Assembly: GCF_030028105.1 (NCBI RefSeq) | Contig: NC_092397.1 | Span: 22,702,630-22,766,629, forward strand | Reading direction: 5' to 3' | Origin: Mobula birostris | Lineage: Eukaryota | DNA length: 64,000 nucleotides | Shown: in pieces, positions 1 to 12,856 of the stretch | Position numbering within the stretch: the stretch's first letter is position 1 | Layout of the letters: each line of letters begins with the position of its first letter | Program-made: the position numbers and the translations under genes | The notes under the pieces: model-generated | Seen by the model: only the letters and a program-made list of their open reading frames with translations | Database searches by the model: none | What the model was told of the DNA's origin: nothing

Positions 1-360
1 TTGTTCAAGCTTCCTCAGAAAGTGCAATCTCTGCTGGGCCCGTTTCCCAATCCCAGTGGTGTTCCTGGACCAGGTGAGATTGTCCGAGATCTGCACCCCA
101 AGGAGCTTGATGTTTTCCACTCACGCCACTGTGGAGCCTCTGATGCTGAGGGGTGTGTGCTCAGGCTGAGACCGTCTGAAATTGACGATCATCTGCTTGG
201 TTTTGGTGACATTAAGCATCAAGTTGTTATCCCTGCACCAGCTCTCTAGGTGTTTGACCTCCTCCCTGTACATTGTTTTTCATTATTTTTGCTGATGAGC
301 CCCACCACTGTGGTATCATCTGCAAGTTTAATGATCAGGCTCTCCTTGAATCAGGCTGTG
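1..360 (-). mobile_element. Rex1/Babar-type LINE reverse transcriptase fragment
   Basis: Minus-strand translation gives KLADDTTVVG (about 300-330) and LNVTKTKQMIVNF (about 180-216), motifs typical of Rex1 RT. Confidence 0.8.
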
Positions 361-369
361 TAGGTTGGA

Positions 370-650
370 TGTAGACAGAGCCTTCAGCAATTTGGGCATC
401 GAGAGAGAGAGGAAGAGAGCAACCATCTGCAGTACCACCGATGTGGCGGAGAGGGCCACAAGTTATCTGTGGCTCAAAAGCGGGGAGCCATGGAGTCATA
501 GGTAGCTAGCCATCTGGACACAAGCTGGGGTCTGATCATCCCCGGCTAGATCACCTGGAGGAGCGTGTATGATGTCGAAAGACCCAAAACACTCGATGAT
601 TCCAAGAACATCACTGAAGATATGTCCAGAGGCATCAGTAGATGTATGTA
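370..650 (+). mobile_element. HERO-like (R2 group) non-LTR retrotransposon 3' end
   Basis: Reads AFSNLGIERERKRATICSTTDVAERATSYLWLKSGEPW then a stop, resembling the HERO C-terminus (AAERASRWLWIKR..PW). The 3' UTR cacaagctggggtctgatc...gacccaaaacac has a homolog at 48001-48073. Confidence 0.7.
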
Positions 651-769
651 CTCAGTATCTTTATTTATGAATCATATGCTCTTTGTTTTCAAAATTGAGC
701 ATAAAAATCCGGGAAAAGTTTGAGGCATAAAAACCAAAAAAATCAAAATGGAATGTTAACAGTTTAAAG

Positions 770-3500
770 GTATTCATACACGTTTGCTCAGTACCAAGTT
801 GAGTCAACTGTCACAGATATTAGAGCCAGTAATCATTTTGGATAAGCTTCTCTTAGCTCTGTACAACTTGATGAAGCAAGGCTTGTCCATTCCTCCTTGC
901 AATATTACTGAAGCTGTGCTGGATTAGGTGGGTAGTGCCGGTGGATAACACTCCTGAGGTTTTGCCAGAGATTTTCAATTGGTTTACCGTCAGGACTCTG
1001 ACTGAGCCATTGAAGGAAATCAATTTTCCTCATTTGAAGCCACACCATAGTTGATTTGGCCGTGCTCTTCGGGTTGTCCTGGTATAAAATGAACTTCCTC
1101 CCCAGTTTAAGTTTTCGAGAATTTTATAAAGATCTCTCTGTATTTATCAGCATTCACCATCCCGTTAATCCTGACTAGAATTCCATTACTTGAATGTATT
1201 CCACAGCATGATGTTACTTCCACTGTACTTTACAGTGGGTTTGGTATAACCTAGCTGATGTGCAGTATTAGATTACCACCACCAACAAACTGTAGGTTGA
1301 GGCCACAAAGTTCCAGTTTAGTTTCATACAACCACCATACCTTATTACCCAGCTTTACTGTATCCTCAAAGTGATGTTTTATAAAGTATGTACGGACAAG
1401 TATACAGTGGCATACAAAAGTTTGGGAACCCCGGTCAAAATTTCTGTTACTGTGAACAACTAAGCAAGTAAAAGATTACCTGATTTCCAAAAAGCAAAAA
1501 GTCAAAGATCACACATTTCTTTAATATTTTAAGCAAGATTACTTTTTTTATTTCCATCTTTTACAGTTTCAAAATAACAAAAAAGGAAAACGCCCCGAAA
1601 CAAAAGTATGGACAACCTGCATGGTCAGTACTTAGTAATACCTCCTTTGGCAAATATCACTGCTTGTAAACGCCTTCTGTAGCCAGCTAAGAGTCTTTCA
1701 ATTCTTGTTTGGGGGATTTTCGCCTATTCTTTCTTGCAAAAGGCTTCTAGTTCTGGGAGATTCTTGGGCCGTCTTGCATGCATTCTCCTTTGAGGTCTAA
1801 CAACTGATTTTCGATGATTTTTAGATCGGGGGACTGTGAAGGCCATCGCAAAACCTTCAGCTTGCACCTCCTAAGGTAGTCCATTGTGGAATTTGAGGTG
1901 TATTTAGGATCATTATCCTGTTGTAGAAGCCGTCCTCTTTTTATCTTCAGCTTTTATACAGACGGTGTGATTTTGCTTCCAGAATTTGCTGGTAATTAAT
2001 TGAATTAATTCCTCCCTGTACCAGTGAAATGTTCCCCGTGCCACTGGCTGCAATACGAGCCCAAAGCATGATCAACCCACCTACGTGCTTAACAGTTGGA
2101 GAAGTGTTCATTTCATGATATTCTGCACCCTTTTTTTCTCCAAACATACCTTTGCTCATTGCGGGCAAAAGCTACTATTTTAACTTCATCAGTCCACAGG
2201 ACTTGTTTCCAAAATGCATCAGGCTTGTTTAGATGTTCCTTTGCAAACATCTGATGCTGAATTCTGTGCTGAGGACGCAGGAAGGGTTTTCGTCCAATGA
2301 CTCTTCCATGAGGGTCATATTTGTGCAGGTGTTGCTGCACAGTAGAACAGTGCACCACCACTCCAGAGTCTGCTAAATCATCCTGAAGGTCTTTTGCAGT
2401 CAAACGGGGGTTTTGATTTGTCTTTCTAGCAATCCTACGAGCAGTTCTCTCGGAAAGTTTTCTTGGACATCCAAACCTCAACTTGACCTCCTCCGTTCCT
2501 GTTAACTGCCTTTTCTTAATTGCATTACGAACTGAGGAAACAATTACCTGAAAACGCTTTGCTATCTACTTGTAGCCTTCTCCTGCTTGTGGGCATCAAT
2601 TATTTTAATTTTCAGAGTGCTAGGCAGCTGCTTAGAGGAGCCCATGGCTGCTGATTATTGGGACAAGGTTTGAGGAGTCAGGGTATTTATAAAGCTTTGA
2701 AATTTGCATAACCTGGCCTTTCCTAACGATGACTGTGAACAAGCCATAGCCCGATCAAGCTAATTAAGGTCTGAGACCTTAAGTCTCTGGGGGTGTGCAA
2801 ACTTTTGCATGATTCTCCTTTCCCTTTTATCATTTTAAAACTGTAGAAAACAACAAAAAAAACACTAATCTTGCATAAAATGTTGTAAAGAATGTTTCGT
2901 CTTTAATTTTATGACCTTTGCAGATCAGGTCATCTTCTACTCACGTAACTATTCACAGTAACAGAAATTTTGACCAGCGGTACCCAAAATTTGCATGACA
3001 CTGTATGAGTTTTCTTTTTCCTCTTTTGCCAGATGTTCTACATTTCCATTCTTCCCCGAAAACGCTATTTGTGAGAACACATAGACATCTTGGAACCAGG
3101 AAATTAATCTCCAGCTGCAGCCACTGACTTCAGCAAGTTACCCAGGGTGACTGTTGGTGTCACAGTAGCCTCACCGACAAGAGCTATTCTTCTCCAGTGA
3201 CTATGTTTAGAGGGGTGCCTGACCTCGGTAACTTGGCAGTGGCTTCATGCCGAATATTTTTCCACTTGTCTTACATTCGGTGGCACTAAATTCTGAGGTA
3301 CGTTCAGTGCATTTGGGATGATCTTGTACCCCTTCTCAAATTTGTGGTTGTCTATGATTATTTCCCAGACTTGTCTTGAGTGTTCTTTTATCTTCAGTTT
3401 GGTTTGGTCACTTGCAAATCTACCATACTCTTGGACCTTCCAAAGAGAGGTGTACTGATTATTCCGAATTCATTGAAAATAGGTGATTCCCCCAGTTTTC
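770..3500 (-). mobile_element. Old decayed Tc1-like transposon (host of the nested Tc1 at 1405-3003)
   Basis: Minus strand about 960-1015 reads LQWLSQSPDGKPIENLWQNL (Tc1 WPSQSPDLNPIENLW motif). Transposase-like sequence resumes after 3005. Confidence 0.7.
1405..3003 (-). mobile_element. Tc1-like DNA transposon, IR/DR type, full-length but inactivated
   Basis: TA|CAGTGGCATACAAAAGTTTGGG at the left and CCCAAAATTTGCATGACACTG|TA at the right, about 200-bp imperfect TIRs with inner DRs (about 1601 and 2790). Transposase pieces at 2113-2481 (GCPRKLS, WKQVLWTDE) and 1947-2168 (PTVKHVGGLIMLW). Confidence 0.92.
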
Positions 3501-3799
3501 AATATCAACAAACTGGGTGAGTAAGTTAAATCAGTATATTGCACCTACAGAAAGGACAAGGACAGCATGTCCAGGCAACTCTGAATGTCAATGTGTATTG
3601 AGTGATTAACTGAAAAACAAATATAATAAATATGTTGCAGGGAAAGAACAGTGAATACTGGAGAGGTCTTTCAATACTATCAAGAGTGTACAGAAAGACG
3701 AAATCAAAAGGGCAACACAAGTCAAATATTGTCAGTGGCAACTAAGATAAAGGACGTTGTTAATAATGACAATATAAGTATATTGATAAGAGTTTATCT

Positions 3800-4480
3800 C
3801 GAATAAAATTCTCAGCCTTCCAGCGGGTACGGGTATCCATTAAAACTGATGTTTTGATAACAAGCTCTTCCATCGTCTTCAGGCATCATGCCTGGGCATG
3901 CCTAATCCGATAGAGTTTATACGTTGGTGGTCAGCCATTCCTGATTCTTTAGTCCTCGTCCTATCAGGTTTTCACTCTCCCACCTTAAAATCGACTTCCA
4001 GTTCTTACTTAAAGCGCGACCTTCGGCTTTGTTATTTTTTCTTCTTCTAGTGTCCTTTCAATGGCATCCTTTACCAGTCGGTTTCAAAAAAAACATTGGC
4101 GCAGAACAGTCGTTTTGTGCCGTCGAACTCAGTCCTATGGCCATTACGATTGCAGTGTTCCACTATCGCTGATTTCTCTGGGTAACTCAAGCCGATACAC
4201 CTCCTGTGCTCCTTGATGCGGGTTTCCACCATGCGACCCACCTGGTCAATATATGTTGTTCCACATTCATCCCGAATCCTGTAAACGCCAGCTGACATGA
4301 GTCAGTCATCTTTGACCATCATAAGCTGTGACTTGTGCTTCCTTATCGATTTGTGGGTGGTACTAATCGGAATTTTCTTCAGCATCCTGGAGATCCTTCC
4401 AGAATCCATGTAAATATAGTGGAGAACACGTCGTTACTGGCTGTCTTCTCTATATTTCCACAGTGTCTGGAAGGGTCGTC
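3800..4480 (-). mobile_element. Penelope-like element 3' part (GIY-YIG endonuclease)
   Basis: ORF 4071-4298 GVYRIRDECGTTYIDQVGRMVETRIKEH is a GIY-YIG motif. A decayed hammerhead core (CTGAAGA...AAAAC) lies on the minus strand near 3850-3885. Confidence 0.8.
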
Positions 4481-5680
4481 TCCATCAAATCTCTTCTTGT
4501 TCTCCTGTCCTCTAGGGAATAAAGCTCAAACACATTCAACTTTTCCCTGTAACTGACGTCCTGAATTCCTGGCATCATGCTTGTAAATTTTGTCTGCACG
4601 TTTTCATTCTTACTGATAACTTTCCTGCAGATATGTGACCTGTACAGGACACAATACCTTAAATTAGGCATCATGAATGTCTTACACAACTTCAACACAA
4701 CACCCCAACTTCCTTACTTTGATTTATGAAGGCTCGTGGATCAAAAGCTTTCTATAAAACACTCTATACATTTGTGAAGGAATTATGGATCTGTATTCCC
4801 AGACGCCTCCGTTCTACAATTCTTCGCAGTGCCCCAAGGCTCACTCAACAAGTTATCTGCATGTGTGTCCTCCCAAACACTTCATACCTGTCTGCATTAA
4901 ATTCAATCTGGCATGTTTACATCTTTACCCGATGACACTGTAAACTTTGATAACCTTTCTTGCTGTCCACTCTGCCCCCAGTCTTGGTGTCGTCCGCAAA
5001 CTTGTTGATCATATTTAGCACATTATAATCCAGATCATTGATATTTCTTACAAACGACAACAACACCAGCACAGTTCCTGCATCCTCCCATTCGTCACAA
5101 GCCTCCAGTCAGAGAGGTAGCATCTACTACCATTCTCTGGCTTAGTCAACAAAATCAAACTGTAATGCATTTCACTAACACACCGCGAATGCCATACGAC
5201 TGAACGTTCTTGAACAACAACCCATGCAGGCCCTTGTCAAAGCTCTTGCTAACGTCCATGTAGACAACATCCACTGCCTTTCCTTTGTCAAATTTCCTGG
5301 TATATTTCTTGGAAATGTCTTTAATAAGTTAGCTTCCACTCTTTCCTTGCACAGAGAATATCACAAATTCACTACTCCCTTTTAAATCCAGTTTCCTATC
5401 AACTCCATCCTAAATCTATTCCTCATAATATTGAAGTTATGACCCCGAGTTTTAGTTTAGAGGAAAGCACTTTACTGTCTTTATCTCACCTTTCACTTTC
5501 ACAATTCTTATCTTTTTCTACGGTTCCCTCTCATTCTTCTGAATTTCAGCATGCATAATCGCAGTCAATTCAACCTCTGCTCATTGACAAACTCACCATC
5601 AATATGGTCATCCTGCTCTGCAACACCAAGGAAACCAATAGTTTTCCTCAAGAGAGGAAACCGGAACAGCATGCAATACA
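4480..5680 (-). mobile_element. Decayed CR1 LINE ORF2 fragments
   Basis: ORF 4450-4698 (RPNL.YC...SYREKL..L.LYSLE.RR.R.DL) and the CR1 RT segment GKAVDVVYMD on the minus strand near 5255-5285. Confidence 0.75.
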
Positions 5681-6241
5681 CAAAGTTCAAAGTAAATTTG
5701 TTATCTAAGTACAATAAGTATATGTCACCATTACCACTTTGAGATTCATTTTCTTGCAATTATACACAGTAGAAAACGAAATAACACAAAATCAAATAAA
5801 AACATACAACGACTGAGAAACAATCAAGGAGCAAAGGACGACAATCTCTGCAAATACAAATAAACAAACAAATTAATAATACTGAGGGTACGAGTTGGAG
5901 AACCAATGATAGTGAGCACATGATCTCATCAGAACCCAAAATAATCAACTGAAGGATCCTCTGTGAGAGGAAAGAAACCGACGTCGATTCAGGAGAGCCC
6001 CGTACTAGGATAATGGTAATGCCGAATTTTTGATATTAACTGATTTCTTGCTGAAAATGTTAACTATATAGGAAAAAAAACAGTGAGTCTAGTTGTTGGC
6101 ATAGGAGTTAATGGGAGAAAATAAAGGCGGGATGGAGAAGGTGAGGACCTGAGACTGGCTCTGAGTCTGGCTGGTTAAGAAGTAAGTTATAGCACTGAGT
6201 AACTCGATTGCTGTCCACTATCCACAAAATTATGCTGTTCA

Positions 6242-6988
6242 GAGTTTAAAGTACATAATCACACATAATATGATACATAATCTGGAAACTTGTCTCCATA
6301 CAGGCAGCTAGAAAATGGATAATCCCAATGGAATGCATTAAAGAAAGACCATTGAATATCTAGATTTATAGAAATTAAAAATAAAATTAAAACAAATCGT
6401 GCAAACAACAAAAACGATCAGACACCTGAAGTTCACGAGAGTGAGAGAGTGGGTCGAGGGCTGTGAAGCCAGTCATCACTGCAGCCGAGTAGCCAGAGCC
6501 TTGGTTAAGTGGAGATACGAGTAAACCTCGCTGAGCAGCCAGCTGAACCGGCCCGTCCCTTGCCTTCGGCCCCGACTCCCTGACCTGGCATTTAAATCGA
6601 TCAAACCTCAGGTGTTTTCTCGCTCGGAAGCCTGAGCCCGGGCCCAGCCAACTCTACTCTGCATTGTGTCCGCTTTCCTCGCCTCAGTTCTGTCACATCG
6701 AATCAGCTCTCAGTCTGCTCCAGCAATGACCAAACATTGTCTCATTCCCCACTCTCCGGCCCGGGCACGTCTCGTACAACCGCCTTGAATCTTTAATTCT
6801 TCAGTTCACACCGCAAAAATGCCAGGTTGTACAGGCGATTGGAAAGCTCAGCTCCGATAGGAAAACAATAGGCTATTGATTGCAGTGATCGTTTACTTGA
6901 AAATGTATGATTCATAAAGTAGTTAGTGGTTTTGTTTGATACCGATAAGTGATCGCTGTGCTTCATCTGCGCCATCTTAAACCGGAGT
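6242..6988 (-). mobile_element. Non-autonomous LINE-derived (SINE-like) element with Rex1-type 3' tail
   Basis: Minus-strand head ccggtttaagatggcgc (about 6970-6986), no RT, and a 3' tail resembling the tails at 5683-5760, 19472-19520 and 28975-29037. Confidence 0.45.
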
Positions 6989-7305
6989 GTCCTCTCCCTG
7001 GTGCCAGGGTCAGGGACGTCTCAGAGCAGCTATAGAACAGCGGGCCAGTGTTGATTCAGACATAATTGGTGGTTTGCGTCGGAACCAATGGACAGGTAGA
7101 AAAGGGGTGATGTCCCACACGGTGAATGTAGAGAGTTAGGGAAGAAGGTGAAGAGCAGGACCTGAAGGTGAAGAGCAGGACCTGAAGGGTTGTAACCTCC
7201 GGGTTACTCCCGGTACCGTGTGGCAGTGGGGGTAGGAACAGAAAGTTAGAGCAGATGAATGTGTGACCGAGGAGCTGGTACAGGGCAGGTTTCAGGACTC
7301 TGGAT
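6989..7305 (+). mobile_element. CR1 ORF1 esterase (SGNH-like) fragment
   Basis: LPGARVRDVSE and VVCVGTN motifs; contains a 20-bp tandem duplication aggtgaagagcaggacctga at about 7146-7185. Confidence 0.7.
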
Positions 7306-7802
7306 CATAGATTCATGGATTCATAGAAAAGTACAGCACAGAAACAGGCCATTCACCTATACTGGGACCATATCCCTCAATACCCCTATCACGCTAGCTT
7401 CTATTCGAACTTCTCTTAAATGTGGAAATCAAACTTGCATGCACCACTTGAGCTGAGAGCTTGTTCAGATATTCTCATAACCATCTGCGTGAGGACTAAT
7501 TGAAGAAGAGATAGTAAGGGATTTGAAAGTGGGTGGGGGAGGGGGAGATCCAAAATGATAGGAGAAGATAGGAGAGGGAGGGTGAAGCTAAGAGCTGGAA
7601 AGTTGATTGGCAAAAGGGATACCGATTTGGAGAAGGGGGAGGATCATGGGAAAGGAGGCCTCGGAAGAAAGAAAGGGGGAGGGGAGTCCAGAGGAAGATG
7701 CAGCACAGGCAAGGAGTGATTGTGAGAGGGACAGAGAGAGAAGGAAAAAAGGAGCAGAATAAAGAGAAATAAGGGATGGGATAAGAAGGGGTGGAGTGGC
7801 AT

Positions 7803-10800
7803 GAAGACATGAGGTTGTTTTGGCAATGACGGTGAAGTATATTCCAAAGAGGTTCTACAGGTATATTAAGAGCAAAAGGATAATAGAAACATAGAAACAT
7901 AGAAAATAGGTGCAGGAGTAGGCCATTCGGCCCTTCGAGCCTGCACCGCCATTTATTATGATCATGGCTGATCATCCAACTCAGAACCCTGTACCAACCT
8001 TCCCTCCATACCCCCTGATCCCCATAGCCACAAGGGCCATATCTAACTCCCTCTTAAATATAGCCAATGAACTGGCCTCAACTGTTTCCTGTGGCGGAGA
8101 ATTCCACAGATTCACCACTCTCTGTGTGAAGAAGTTTTTCCTAATCTCGGTCCTAAAACGCTTCCCCTTTATCCTCAAACTGTGACCCCTCGTTCTGGAC
8201 TTCCCCAACATCAGGAACAATCTTCCTGCATCTAGCCTGTCCAATCCCTTTAGGATTTTATACGTTTCAATCAGATCCCCCCTCAATCTTCTAAATTCCA
8301 ACGAGTACAAACCCAGTTCATCCAGTCTTTCTTCATATGAAAGTCCTGCCATCCCAGCAATCAATCTGGTGAACCTTCTTTGTACTCCCTCTATGGCAAG
8401 GATGTCTTTCCTCAGATTAGGGGACCAAAACTGCACACAATACTCCAGGTGTGGTCTCACCAAGGCCTTGTACAACTGCAGTAGTACCTCCCTGCTCCTG
8501 TACTAGAATCCTCTCGCTATAAATGCCAACATACCATTCGCCTTTTTCACCGCCTGCTGTACCTGCATGCCCACTTTCAATGACTGGTGTATAATGACAC
8601 CCAGGTCCCATTGCACCTCCCCTTTTCCTAATCAGCCACCATTCAGATAATAATCTGTTTTCCTATTTTTGCCACCAAAGTGGATAACTTCACATTTATC
8701 CACATTAAATTGCATCTGCCATGAATTTGACCACTCACCCAACCTATCCAAGTCACCCTGCATCCTCTTAGCATCCTCCTCACAGCTAACACTGCCACCC
8801 AGCTTCGTGTCATCCACAAACTTGGAGATGCTGCATTTAATTCCCTCATCCAAGTCATTAATATATATTGTAAACAACTGGGGTCCCAGCACTGAGCCTT
8901 GTGGTACCCCACTAGTCACTGCCTGCCATTCTGAAAAGGTCCCATTTATTCCCACTATTTGCTTCCTGTCTGCTAACCAATTCTCTATCCACATCAATAC
9001 CTTACCCCCAATACCATGTGCTTTAAGTTTGCACACTAATCTCCTGTGTGGGACCTTGTCAAAAGCCTTTTGAAAATCCAAATATACCACATCCACTGGT
9101 TCTCCCCATCCACTCTACTAGTTACATCCCCAAAAAATTCTATGAGATTCGTCAGACATGATTTTCCTTTCACAAATCCATGCTGACTTTGTCCGATGAT
9201 TTCACCGCTTTCCAAATGTGCTGTTATCACAACTTTGATAACTGACTCCAGCAGTTTCCCCACCACCGACGTTAGGCTAACTGGTCTATAATTCCCTGGT
9301 TTCTCTCTCCCTCCTTTTTTAAAAAGTGGGGTTACATTAGCCACCCTCCAATTCTCAGGAACTAGTCCAGAATCTAACGAGTTTTGAAAAATTATCACTA
9401 ATGCATCCACTATTTCTTGGGCTACTTCCTTAAGCACTCTGGGATGCAGACCATCTGGCCCTGGGGATTTATCTGCCTTTAATCCCTTCAATTTACCTAA
9501 CACCACTTCCCTACTAACATGTATTTCGCTCAGTTCCTCCATCTCACTGGGCACTCTGTCCCCTACTATTTCTGGAAGATTATTTATGTCCTCCTTAGTG
9601 AAAACAGAACCAAAGTAATTATTCAATTGGTCTGCCATGTCCTTGCTCCCCATAATCAATTCACCTGTTTCTGTCTGTAGGGGACCTACATTTGTCTTTA
9701 CCAGTCTTTTCCTTTTTATATATCTATAAAAGCTTTTACAGACAGTTTTTATGTTCTCTGCCAGTTTTCTCTCATAATCGTTTTTCCCCTTCCTAATTAA
9801 GCCCTTTGCCCTCCTCTGCTGAACTCTGAATTTCTCCCAGTCCTCAGGTGAGCCACTTTTTCTGGCTAACTTGTATGCTTCTTCTTTGGAATTGATACTA
9901 TCTCTAATTTCTCTTGTCAGCCACGGGTGCACTACCTTCCTTGATTTATTATTTTGCCAAACTGGGATGAAATTGGTCCTGTTGAAGATCAGAGTGGTCG
10001 GCTATGTATGGAACCAAGAGAAATGGGGGAAATCATAAATGCATTTTTTGCATCTGCATTTACTAAGGAAACTGGCATGGAGTCAATAGAAATAAGGCAA
10101 AAAAGTAGTGAGATCATGGAACCTACACAAATCGAAGAGGAGTAGGTGTTTGCTATCTTGAGGCAAATCAGAGTAGATAAATCCCTAGGACCTGACAGGG
10201 TATTCCCTCGCACCTTGAAGGAGACTAGTATTGAAATTGCAGGGGCCCTGGCAGATATAATTTGAATGTCAATATCCACGGGTGAAGTGCTGGAGGATTG
10301 GAGGATAGCTCATGTAGTTCCCTTGTTTGAAAAGGGATCAAATAGTAATCCGGGAAATTATAGGCCGGTAAATTTGACCTCGGTAGTAGGTAAATTATTG
10401 GAAGGAGTTCTAAGAGATAGGACCTACAAGTATTTTGATAGACAGGGACTTATTAGGAGAGTCAACATGGCTTTGTGAGTGGTAGGTCATGTTTAACAAA
10501 TCTATTCGAGTTTTTTGAGGAGGTTACCAGGAAAGTGGATGTACGGAAGGCAGTGGATGTTGTCTATATGGACGTCAGAAGGGCCTTTGACAAGGTCCCG
10601 CATGGGAGGTTAGTTAGGAAGATTCAGTCACTAGGTAGACATTGTGGAGTAGTAAATTGGATTAGACATTGGCTCAATGGAACAAGCCAGAGAGTGGTAG
10701 TGGATGATTGTTTCTCTGAGTAGAGGCCGGTGACTAGTGGTTAGCCACAGGGATCAGTGCTGGGTCCATTGTTATTTGTCATCTATATCAATGATCTGGA

Positions 10801-11748
10801 TGATATGTGGTAAATTGGATCAGCAAATTTGCTGATGATACAAAGGTTGGAGTAGTGGGCAGTGAGGAAGGTTTTCAAAGTTTGCAGAGGGATTTGGACC
10901 AACTGGTAAAATGGGCTGAAAAATGGCAGATGGAGTTTAATACTGACAAGTGTGAGGTATTACACTTTGGAAAGACAAACCAAGGTAAACATACAAGGTC
11001 ATTGGTAGGGTACTGAGGAATGCAGTAGAACAGAGGGCTCTGGGAATACAGGTACAAAATTCCCTAAAAGTGGTGTCACAGGTAGATAGGGTCGTAAAGA
11101 GAGCTTTTGGTACATTTGGCTTTATAAATCAAAGTCTTGAGTATAAGAGCTGGAATGTTATGGTGAGGTTGTATAAAGCATTGGTGAGGCCGAATCTGGA
11201 GTATTGTGTGCAGTTTTGGTCACCTAATCACAGGAAGGATATTAATAAGGTTGAAAGAGTGCAGAGAAGGTTTACAAGAATGTTGCCGGGACTTGAGAAA
11301 CTCAGTTACAGAGAAAAGTTGAATAGGTTAGGACTTTATTCCCTGGAGCGTAGAAGAATGAGGAGAGATTTGATAGAGGTATATAAAATTATGATGGGTA
11401 TAGATAGAGTGAATGCAAGCAGGCTCTTTCCACTGAGGTAAGGGGAGAAAATAAAACCGAGGACATGGGTTAAGGGTGAAGGGGGAAAAGTTTAAAGGGT
11501 AGATCAGTGGAGGCTTCTTCACACAGAGAGTGGTGGGAGTGTTGAATGTGCTGCCAGATAATATGGTAAATGTGGGCTCACTTTTAACATTAAGGAACAA
11601 ATTGGACAGGTACATGGGTGAGAGGTGTATGGAGGGATATGGTCCAGGTGCAGGTCAGTGGGACTAAGCAGAAAAATGGTTCGACATAACCAAGAAGGAC
11701 CAAAAGGCCTGTTGCTGTGCTGTAATGTTCTCTGGTGTCTATGGTTTC
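7803..11748 (+). mobile_element. 5'-truncated CR1 LINE, itself interrupted by a younger CR1
   Basis: FYRYIKSKRI at about 7850-7882 continues as IGPVEDQSGRLCMEP at 9970. RT motifs GNYRPVNLTS, AFDKVPH, KFADDTK, RPNLEYCVQFWSP; CR1 3' tail ending tctatggtttcta. Confidence 0.9.
7883..9971 (-). mobile_element. Young 5'-truncated CR1 LINE (RT domain with few disruptions)
   Basis: ORFs 9036-9932, 8632-9096 and 7981-8475 (SPGPDGLHPRVLKE, GNYRPVSLTS, SGVPQGSVLGP, KFVDDTK, RPHLEYCVQFWSP); (TTTCTATG)n tail at 7883-7905. Confidence 0.95.
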
Positions 11749-12856
11749 TAACAGAAGTTAGAGAAGTCAATGTTCATGCCATCAGGCTGGAGGCTACCCG
11801 GTCGGAATATAAGGAGCTGTTCCCCCTTCCTGAGTGTGGCTTCACATTGCCAGTGGAGGAGGCCGTGGATAAACATATCAGAATGGGAATGGAAATGGGA
11901 TGTGGAATTAAAATGTGTGGCCACTGGGAGATCCTGCTTTCTCTGGCGGGCAGAGCGCAGGTGTTCAGCAAAACGGTCTCGCAGTCTGCGTTGGGTCTCA
12001 CCAATATATAGAAGGCCACACCGGGAGCACCGGACGCAGTATATCTCCCCAGCCGACTCACAGGTGAAGTGTCGCCCCATCTGGAAGTACTGTCTGGGGC
12101 CCTGAATGGTGGTAAGGGAGGGCATGTGTAGCACTTGTTCCTCTTACAAGGATAAGTACTGGGAGGGAGATCGATGAGAAGGGATGGACGGGGGGGGGCA
12201 GCGAATGGACAAGGGAGGCGCATAAGAAGCGATCCCTGCGGAAAGCAGAAAGGCGGGTGGGGGGGAGATGTGCTTGGTGGTGGGATCCCGTTGGAGATGG
12301 CGGAAGTTACGGAGAATAATATGTTGGACCTGGAGGCTGGTGGGGTGGTAGGTGAGGACAAGGGGAACCCTATCCCTAGTGGGGTGGCGGGAGGATGGGG
12401 TGAGAGCAGATGTGTGTGAAATGCGAGAGATGCGTTTGAGAGCAGAGTTGATGGTAGAGGAAGGGAGCCCCTTCCTTTAAGAAAAGGAAGACTTTTCCTT
12501 CGTCCTGGAGTGAAAAGCCTCATCCTCAGAGCAGATGCGGCGGAGACAGAAGAATTGCGAGAAAGGGATGGCATTTTTGCAAGAGACAGGTTGGGAAGAG
12601 GAATTGTCCGTATAGCCGTGAGAGTCAGTAGGCTTATAGTAGACCTCAGTACATAAGACAGAGACAGAAAAATCAAGAAAGGAGAGTGAGGTGTCGGAAG
12701 TGGACCAGGTAGATTTGAGGGCAGGGTGAAAGTTGGAGACAAGGTTAATGAAGTCAATGAGCTCAGCATGGAAAACGCCTGCTTGCATTTACCGGATCTC
12801 CGTGACTTCATGTGATACAAGGGTGAGCTGTACAAAAGAGATGGCTTCACTGAAAT

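Larger units (their letters stand above)
7491..12770 (-). mobile_element. Penelope-like element (RT C-terminus + GIY-YIG + purine-rich 3' region), split by a CR1 insertion at 7803-11748
   Basis: ORF 12477-12788 (FHPALKSTW...SFLD...YYKPTDSH) and ORF 11748-12134 (IYCVRCSRCGLLYIGETQRRLRDRFAEH). 7491-7802 matches the Penelope 3' region at 27618-27722 and joins 11749 once the CR1 is removed. Confidence 0.8.

Noticed and set aside
7146-7188. 20-bp direct repeat suggestive of an array
   Set aside because: Only two adjacent units with no spacer, inside CR1 ORF1; a simple slippage duplication. There is no CRISPR-like array in the window.
12775-12856. Possible integrase C-terminus upstream of env (TPACIYRISVTS...SCTK)
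   Set aside because: Resemblance to TPTAVKV..WIH.SH.K is too weak to support.
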